This document shows positions 57,647 through 64,000 of a stretch of DNA of 64,000 bases, piece after piece. Positions within the stretch are counted from its first letter, which is position 1. Every line of letters starts with the position of its first letter. Position numbers and translations under genes: made by a program. Source of the DNA: Longimicrobiales bacterium. GTDB lineage: Bacteria; Gemmatimonadota; Gemmatimonadetes; Longimicrobiales; Gaopeijiaceae. The DNA lies in assembly GCA_965249725.1 (NCBI GenBank), contig CBDFMQ010000002.1, positions 736,001 through 800,000 of the forward strand, read 5' to 3'. Under the pieces are notes generated by a model. It had not been told where the DNA came from. It saw only the letters and a list, made by a program, of their open reading frames with translations, and made no database searches.

Positions 57647-59272
57647 ATGATACATCAGGTCAGCCATATCCGACTCACGATCCTAGCGGCCTTCACCGTC
57701 TCGTTGATCGCGGTCACCGTTCCCGCCGCCGGGCAGGATCCGTCCAAGACTCGCTTCGAAGTCGTCGTGCCCGAAACGATCAACGCAAATGCACTCACCG
57801 GCCGTGCCTACGTCATGATCGCACGGACCGACTCCCGCGAACCTCGGCTCCAGATCGGGCGGACGGGAGAGCCGTTCTTCGGTCGCGATTTCGAAGGGCT
57901 ACCGGGCGGAGCGGCGACCATCATCGACGGCACGGATCTGGGCTGGCCCGTGGAGAGGCTCGCAGACCTGCCCGACGGCGAGTACTACGTGCAGGGGTTC
58001 GTGAACGTCTATTCAGAGTTCAACCGGGCCGACGGCTTCACGGTCTGGATGCACGATGACCAGTGGGAGGGGCAGCACTTCAATCGTTCTCCCGGGAACC
58101 TCTACAGTGACGTGCAACGGATAAGACTGGACGCCTCAGAGGGTTATTCAATCCGCCTCGTTGCCGACAACGTCATTCCTGCCGTGGAGATTCCTGCGAA
58201 CACCGAGTGGGTGGAGCGGTTTCGCTTCGAGAGTCCCACGCTCACCGCGTTCTGGGGCCGACCGATCTACCTGGGTGCCACGGTCCTGCTCCCGAAGGAG
58301 TATCACGACGAGACCATCGAGTACCCCGTGCTCTACCGGCAGGGCCACTTCTCGCTCGCCGAACCCCTCGGGGGCCAGGTGCGGGAGGCGTGGGTGGAGG
58401 ATGATTTCCCTCGATTGCTCGTCGTGACGTTTCAGCATCCAACCCCCTATTTCGACGATTCCTACGCGGTGAACTCCGTAAACGTCGGTCCTTACGGCGA
58501 CGCCATCCTGGAGGAGTTGATCCCCGAAATCGAACGGCGCTACCGCATCATCAAGCAGCCGTGGGCCCGGTTGCTCGACGGGGGCTCGACCGGGGGATGG
58601 GAGTCGCTGGCGCTTCAGGTCTACCATCCGGACTTCTTCGGCGGGACTTGGTCCTACTGCCCGGATCCGGTCACGTTCACGAATGTCGAGGGTGTGAACG
58701 TCTACGAGGACGAGAACGCCTTCTACAAGAATCGTGGGTGGTTCAACGTGCCGACCATCAACACGCGCGAGGTGAACGGTGACGTGCGCCTCACCTCGGC
58801 CCAACGGAACCGCTTCGAACTCGTGAGTGGCACCCGCGGTCGCTCAGGGCAGCAGCTCGACATCTGGGCCGCCGTGTACGGTCCTGTGGGCGAGGACGGT
58901 TTCTTCGCACCGCTCTACGACAAGCGCACCGGTGTCATCCACAAAGAGGTGGCCGAGTACTGGCGGGAGAACTACGACCTGCTCCACTACATGAAGACGA
59001 ATTGGAGCTCGCTGGGTCCGAAGCTGGTGGGGAAGATCCGCATCTATACCGGCGACATGGACAACTTCTATCTCAATAATGCGGTGCTGGAGATGGAGGC
59101 CTGGATGAAGACTACGGAGAATCCGCACTATCCGGGCTATTTTTCCTACGGTCGTGGCGAGGGGCACTGCTATTCAGGGCCCGTCTCCATGGACGTGCGG
59201 CTGAAGGAGATGGCGCAGCATGTCATGCAAAATCAGCCCGACCTGTTGGACACGCCTTGGTGGAAATACTAG
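57647..59272 (+). CDS. Secreted alpha/beta-hydrolase (putative esterase)
   Basis: Signal peptide; GGSTGG nucleophile elbow; GDMD; GH. Confidence 0.85.
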   Translation: MIHQVSHIRLTILAAFTVSLIAVTVPAAGQDPSKTRFEVVVPETINANALTGRAYVMIARTDSREPRLQIGRTGEPFFGRDFEGLPGGAATIIDGTDLGWPVERLADLPDGEYYVQGFVNVYSEFNRADGFTVWMHDDQWEGQHFNRSPGNLYSDVQRIRLDASEGYSIRLVADNVIPAVEIPANTEWVERFRFESPTLTAFWGRPIYLGATVLLPKEYHDETIEYPVLYRQGHFSLAEPLGGQVREAWVEDDFPRLLVVTFQHPTPYFDDSYAVNSVNVGPYGDAILEELIPEIERRYRIIKQPWARLLDGGSTGGWESLALQVYHPDFFGGTWSYCPDPVTFTNVEGVNVYEDENAFYKNRGWFNVPTINTREVNGDVRLTSAQRNRFELVSGTRGRSGQQLDIWAAVYGPVGEDGFFAPLYDKRTGVIHKEVAEYWRENYDLLHYMKTNWSSLGPKLVGKIRIYTGDMDNFYLNNAVLEMEAWMKTTENPHYPGYFSYGRGEGHCYSGPVSMDVRLKEMAQHVMQNQPDLLDTPWWKY

Positions 59273-59324
59273 AACTCTCGAGCGGGCATCGGGCTCGCCG
59301 ATCAACTCCGAAGAAGGGCCAAGC

Positions 59325-60824
59325 ATGAGCCACCCCTCAGCCAAGCGGGGCACCGTTGGTGCGATCGCGACGATCGCTGCCTATTCCGGACTCGTTCTCG
59401 GAGTCGAAGATGTGACAGCCCAGGAGCGTCCCTTCGAGTACGACTACACTGAAGAGGCCGCTCTCGCGCAGCAGTTCGATCTGGACAATCCTGATCCGGA
59501 GATGCTTCGCACGACCTTCGCCAAGCGACGCGAGCGAGTTCTGAGCTCCATTCCAGATGGGGCGATGCTGGTCCACTCGGTCGAGTGGGTGCAGCCCCGC
59601 AGGCTCGAGTTTCAAGTGCCCCATAGCGACAACCACGACTTTATTTTCCTGACCGGACTCGAGGGGCTCCAGAGCGTTGGGTCGGCTCTTCTGCTCGTGC
59701 CCACGCCCGAGAAGGCTTGGGTCGTGTTGTTCACGTCGGCGGATCCGGACTTCGTACGACAGGTCACCGGGATCGAGGACGTCAGGCCTTACGTGGAACT
59801 GGAGGAAGAGCTGTCGGTTGCCATGACCGATTTCCGTGACTGGCGCATCACACAGATCAGACGGTGGCCGCTCGCTGCTGCGTTGTCGCATGCGTGGGGC
59901 CGGGACCAGAAGACGCTTTATCTGAACTACCCGCGCTTCTTCCGGCTCGGGATGCCGGAGCCTCCGCGGCTCGAATTGTTCAAGCGCTTCGAGCGGTTCT
60001 CACCCGAGATGGAGCTCCTCGACGCCGCCGATCTCCTCGATCCCGTGCGCATGCTGCACGACGGGTACGGCCTCGCCAACCTCCGGCGGGCGGTGGATAT
60101 CACGGGTGAAGGGATCATCGAGGCCCTGAGCGGCGCCGAGGTGGGGATGACGGAAAGGGAGGTCATGGAGGCCATGGACTTCGTGTATCGATATCGCGGA
60201 GCGGACCTCGGCTTCCCGACGTCGGTGGCGCGGAGCCCGATCAATGGGCGGCAGTCGAGGGGCCCTCGGATACCCGAGGGGTTCATCCAGTACGTACCGC
60301 GTTTGGGAGGCGATGTCTTCCAGAGCGACGACATCGTTCACACCGACACCGGCGCCGAGTTCAATCACTACTCCGCGGATCTCCAGCGAAACGTCCCGAT
60401 CAGCGGCCGCTTGAACGACAAGCAGCGTCGGCTGTACGAGATCGCTCTCGACGTGCAGAAGACCGTCATATCCCGGATTCGGCCCGGCGTGACGTGGCGG
60501 GAGCTTCACGATCTGGCAGTTCAGATGCTTCGGGACGCTGGGGGGTATGATCAGTACTACGGGTACGGTATCGGTCACTTCATCGGGATGGAGGTCCACG
60601 ACGAGGGTGATTACGAAGCCCCGCTCCAGCCTGGCATGGCACTGTCCATCGAGCAGGGTGTGGCCCCTCCGGACGGGCCCCGCATCGCATTCGAGGACGA
60701 TGTCATCGTCACCGAAGACGGTCATGATTGGATCAGCGAGTGGATTCCGATCGAGATCGATGATGTCGAGGCGCTCGCCATGAAGGAGAGCAGCCTCGCG
60801 GATTTCTTGAACAAGCGCCCGTGA
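59325..60824 (+). CDS. Xaa-Pro peptidase (M24B)
   Basis: D..YSAD, GHFIGMEVHD, IEQG, FEDD. Confidence 0.9.
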   Translation: MSHPSAKRGTVGAIATIAAYSGLVLGVEDVTAQERPFEYDYTEEAALAQQFDLDNPDPEMLRTTFAKRRERVLSSIPDGAMLVHSVEWVQPRRLEFQVPHSDNHDFIFLTGLEGLQSVGSALLLVPTPEKAWVVLFTSADPDFVRQVTGIEDVRPYVELEEELSVAMTDFRDWRITQIRRWPLAAALSHAWGRDQKTLYLNYPRFFRLGMPEPPRLELFKRFERFSPEMELLDAADLLDPVRMLHDGYGLANLRRAVDITGEGIIEALSGAEVGMTEREVMEAMDFVYRYRGADLGFPTSVARSPINGRQSRGPRIPEGFIQYVPRLGGDVFQSDDIVHTDTGAEFNHYSADLQRNVPISGRLNDKQRRLYEIALDVQKTVISRIRPGVTWRELHDLAVQMLRDAGGYDQYYGYGIGHFIGMEVHDEGDYEAPLQPGMALSIEQGVAPPDGPRIAFEDDVIVTEDGHDWISEWIPIEIDDVEALAMKESSLADFLNKRP

Positions 60825-60901
60825 GGGGTCGCTTGCACCTCCCGCCCGGCCCGTCCACTTTGGGCCGTTCCCTTTGAAGCTGGTCTGACGGAGAGTTCAT
60901 T

Positions 60902-62353
60902 ATGAGAGTGCGCAGCGGTTTCGGGGCGTTGCTCGTTCTATTGGTCGCCGGTCCCCTGCAGGCTCAGGGTCCGCTTTTTACGAATGCCTTCCCGCCCGAG
61001 GAGTTTTCGGGTCGTCGGGCCACCGTCCTCGACCAGATCGGCGACGCCGTCGTGGTGATGCAGGGTGCCACGGAGTACCCCGGGTACATCAAGTTCCGCC
61101 AGAACGCTCAGTTCTTCTATATGACCGGAGTGGAGGTCCCCAGAGCGATCCTGCTTTTGGACGGCCGCACGGGAACTTCGACGCTCTATCTACAGCCGCG
61201 AAATGAGCGTGCGGAGCGTTCCGAAGGGCCGGTGTTGGTGCCCGGAGACGAGGCACGGCGACTGACCGGCATCGATTCGGTCGTGGATCGGGAGTTGTTC
61301 ACCGCGGACCTGGAGAGAGTGATCGGAGAAGGGCGCACCCTCTACACGCCCTTCCGGGCCGAGGCTCTCCACGCGGCCACGCCCGGATACAGCAACAACC
61401 ACTCGGCGGCATCCACGAACGACCCGTGGGACGGACGACTCTCCCGGGAGGCCGCGTTCATCCAGCGGATTCGCGAGGTGGCCCCCGGCGGGGAGATCAT
61501 GGACCTGGATCCCATCCTCGACGGCATGAGGCTCATCAAGAGTCCGCGGGAGATCGAGCTCATTCGGCAAGCGAGCCGCATTTCGGGCGAGGCCATGATC
61601 GAAGGGATACGGTCCGCTGCCGTGGGAATGTACGAGTATGAGCTCGAAGCCGTGGGCGACTATGTGTTCAAGCGGCACAACTCGCAGGGGTACGGCTACT
61701 TCTCCCTCATCGCCACGGGCGACAACGCTAGCTACCCGCACTATCACGCCTCACAGAGCCGCCTCGAATCAGGGGACATGGTTCTCTGGGACTGGGCGCC
61801 CGACTACAAGTACTACACGTCCGATGTCACCCGCATGTTTCCGGCCAACGGGACGTTCGACCCGGATCAGCGCGAGATGTACGACATCTACCTGCGCCTC
61901 TATCAAGCGTTGATGACGTCGATCAAGCCGTACGAGACGCCCGCTGCGATTCGGGCTGTGGCTTTGGCCAAGATGGAGGCGATTTTCGACGACTACGAGT
62001 TCACCAACTCCAAGATCCGGGATGCATCAGTGACGTTTATCGATCGCTATCGCGGGCCGTCGCGGGGCTTGGGGCACATGGTGGGCATGGAGGTACACGA
62101 CGTCCGCGCCCCTTACGAGGTGATGCAGCCCGGGATGGTGTTCACCATCGAGCCCGCGCTTCGGATCCCGGAGGACAAGGTCTATATTCGGCTCGAAGAT
62201 GCGATCTTGATCACCGAGACAGGCTACGAGAACCTCTCCGGTTTCGTGCCGGCCGGGATCGAAGACATCGAGAGGCTGATGGCCGAAGAGGGGTGGGCGG
62301 AGAGGTTGTGGAAGAGGCGGCAGACGACCACGTTGGAGGACTCCAGTCTGTGA
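60902..62353 (+). CDS. Secreted Xaa-Pro aminopeptidase (M24B)
   Basis: Signal peptide; YTSDVTR, GHMVGMEVHD, TIEP, RLED. Confidence 0.92.
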   Translation: MRVRSGFGALLVLLVAGPLQAQGPLFTNAFPPEEFSGRRATVLDQIGDAVVVMQGATEYPGYIKFRQNAQFFYMTGVEVPRAILLLDGRTGTSTLYLQPRNERAERSEGPVLVPGDEARRLTGIDSVVDRELFTADLERVIGEGRTLYTPFRAEALHAATPGYSNNHSAASTNDPWDGRLSREAAFIQRIREVAPGGEIMDLDPILDGMRLIKSPREIELIRQASRISGEAMIEGIRSAAVGMYEYELEAVGDYVFKRHNSQGYGYFSLIATGDNASYPHYHASQSRLESGDMVLWDWAPDYKYYTSDVTRMFPANGTFDPDQREMYDIYLRLYQALMTSIKPYETPAAIRAVALAKMEAIFDDYEFTNSKIRDASVTFIDRYRGPSRGLGHMVGMEVHDVRAPYEVMQPGMVFTIEPALRIPEDKVYIRLEDAILITETGYENLSGFVPAGIEDIERLMAEEGWAERLWKRRQTTTLEDSSL

Positions 62354-63957
62354 CCGGAGTTTCTGACTCGAGCGTACGCGGGCCGGAACGGTCGGCACTT
62401 ACCGGTACTCTCAAGCGTATTGACCGGCGGGTCAGGCTCAACGGGGTGTTGGATCACCTCTCGATCGCCGTCTGCCTCGTTCTCGGCGTCTTGCTCCTGT
62501 TCCAGGTCGGCAAGATGCTGCTTCCGGTCGCTCCTCCTCCCGGGTTCTGGATCGTCGGCGCTTCGACCGTGTTGTTCACGGTTTTTCTCGCTTGGACGGA
62601 GCGAGGCGGGAGCCGGCTTGCCCGTGCCGCCGTAGTCGCCGACACGCAGGGCGATCTTCACGATGAGCTCAAGACCGCTTACTGGTTCATGGATCGGAGC
62701 GGTGACTCTCCGTGGATCGACCTTCAATTGACCCGGGCGGCTGCTACGGCGAGGCGACTCGACGTGCGGAAACTCGTGCCGACCAGCGTTCCCCGCCGTT
62801 TCATGACAGCGCTCGGCCTTTTCGTCGCACTCCAGGTGCTCGCCCTGATCCCGCTCGAAGGGCCGCTGCTCACCTTCGCCACGGCGGCTGACTCGGCGGC
62901 CCTCGCCGAGGCCCGGGCGCAGCAGCTCGAGGACATCCGAGACTTGGTGGAGGACGCTGCCGCGCTGGAGGGCGAAGAGGATTCGGAGGTGCTGGCCCAG
63001 CTAGAGGAGACCCTTCGCGAGATCGAGGCCGATCAGTTGAGCATGGAAGAGCTCCTGCGTGATCTACGCGAGGCGCAGAACATGCTCGAAGAGGGAAATC
63101 TGGAGATGAGCGCTCTTGAAGAGGCTCTGTCCGACCTCGCGAGTGAGTTCCAGGACTCGGAGGAGTTGGGTGACCTGGCGGAGGCCATTCAGGACGACGA
63201 TTTGGATTTGGCGTCTGAACTCATGCGTGAGCTGTCGGAGAACCTCTCGAATCTGACAGAGGACGAAACGGCGGAGCTCATGGCCCAACTCCGGGAGGCG
63301 GCGATGTCCGACCTGCCGGGGCTGGAGGAGCTTCTCGAGTCTCTGCAGGAAGCGGCGGACGCACTCGAAAACCAGGAAATGGGAGACGCCCAGGAGGCAT
63401 TGGAAGAGGCGGCCGACCGCATGGAGGAGATGGCAGACCGCCAGGAGGCACAGGAGGGTAGAAACGAAGCCTCGGAGCAAATGCAGGCGATGGGGGAGTC
63501 GGCCACCGAACAGCAGTCGGGCATGGAGCAGCTGTTCGGTATGCAGCAGGGCGAGGGGGGCGAGGACGCAGCAGAGGCCGGGATGGCCATGCCCTCCGAT
63601 GAGGTAAAGCAATCGGCAGGGAGCAGCGAGGCCCAAGACCCGAGTGGTCCACCGGGCCACGCCACGAGCGAGGCGATGGGAGGTGAACAGGAATTCGGCG
63701 CCGCGACGACCCTAGAAGTCCAGCTCTCCATGGAGCTGCTGGACGAGCCCGAGCCCGGTCCCGAGTCAGAGCCCGATCCGGATGATGTCTTCAAGGAAGC
63801 GAGCCGGCAGGAAAGCTCGACACTGCAGTACCGCGACGTGCGCGGCCCCTCGAGCTACGCGGAGGGATCGGCGCTGGCCGTCGATCGGGTCCCGTGGCGC
63901 TATCGGAGCCTCGTGAAAAAATACTTCTTGGCCATACGGCCCCGTGGGAACAAATGA
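62350..63957 (+). CDS. Membrane-anchored acidic coiled-coil protein
   Basis: 3 TMs, E/Q-rich heptads, C-terminal VPWRYRSLVKKYF typical of MoxR/vWA-operon partners. Confidence 0.8.
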   Translation: MTGVSDSSVRGPERSALTGTLKRIDRRVRLNGVLDHLSIAVCLVLGVLLLFQVGKMLLPVAPPPGFWIVGASTVLFTVFLAWTERGGSRLARAAVVADTQGDLHDELKTAYWFMDRSGDSPWIDLQLTRAAATARRLDVRKLVPTSVPRRFMTALGLFVALQVLALIPLEGPLLTFATAADSAALAEARAQQLEDIRDLVEDAAALEGEEDSEVLAQLEETLREIEADQLSMEELLRDLREAQNMLEEGNLEMSALEEALSDLASEFQDSEELGDLAEAIQDDDLDLASELMRELSENLSNLTEDETAELMAQLREAAMSDLPGLEELLESLQEAADALENQEMGDAQEALEEAADRMEEMADRQEAQEGRNEASEQMQAMGESATEQQSGMEQLFGMQQGEGGEDAAEAGMAMPSDEVKQSAGSSEAQDPSGPPGHATSEAMGGEQEFGAATTLEVQLSMELLDEPEPGPESEPDPDDVFKEASRQESSTLQYRDVRGPSSYAEGSALAVDRVPWRYRSLVKKYFLAIRPRGNK

Positions 63958-64000
63958 CGACCGAAATCGCCAGTCAGATCGAGCAGTTCACCGAGCAGTT
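63954..64000 (+). CDS. Start of next gene (possibly a MoxR AAA+ ATPase), partial
   Basis: ATGA overlap, MTTEIASQIEQFTEQ; identity inferred from context only. Confidence 0.35.
   Translation, partial: MTTEIASQIEQFTEQ

Overview
GC-rich bacterial chromosomal window. Gene order and protein style suggest Gemmatimonadota (inference only). Housekeeping blocks occupy 1-14.9 kb (dinG 3' end, FAH hydrolase, aminotransferase, HD-GYP, valS, selA, gmhB, erpA, purN, purH, tRNA-Ser) and 33-53 kb (ispG, gltX, lexA-like, tadA, pyrRBC, rpsT, scpAB, rluB, pcm, tRNA-Ile2). Secreted hydrolases and surface proteins follow tRNA-Ile2. Between tRNA-Ser and about 33 kb is an accessory tract with structured repeats that regenerate the tRNA 3' end, a decaying integron-cassette array (at least six whole, half or eroded attC copies, no integrase), and two IS110/IS1111-type elements inserted in attC sites. 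The intact element has a ~320-nt 3' non-coding region whose loop segments match the attC target (GCCGCG-CA-GCAGAA) and the element's own circle junction. This is a readable bridge/seek RNA, apparently with an extra donor-like loop. Other oddities: a LexA-like protein lacking its cleavage site and catalytic dyad, a metal-ligand-less YpfJ-like lipoprotein, a 4x23-aa His-repeat miniprotein, and a surface lipoprotein split at a G9 tract.
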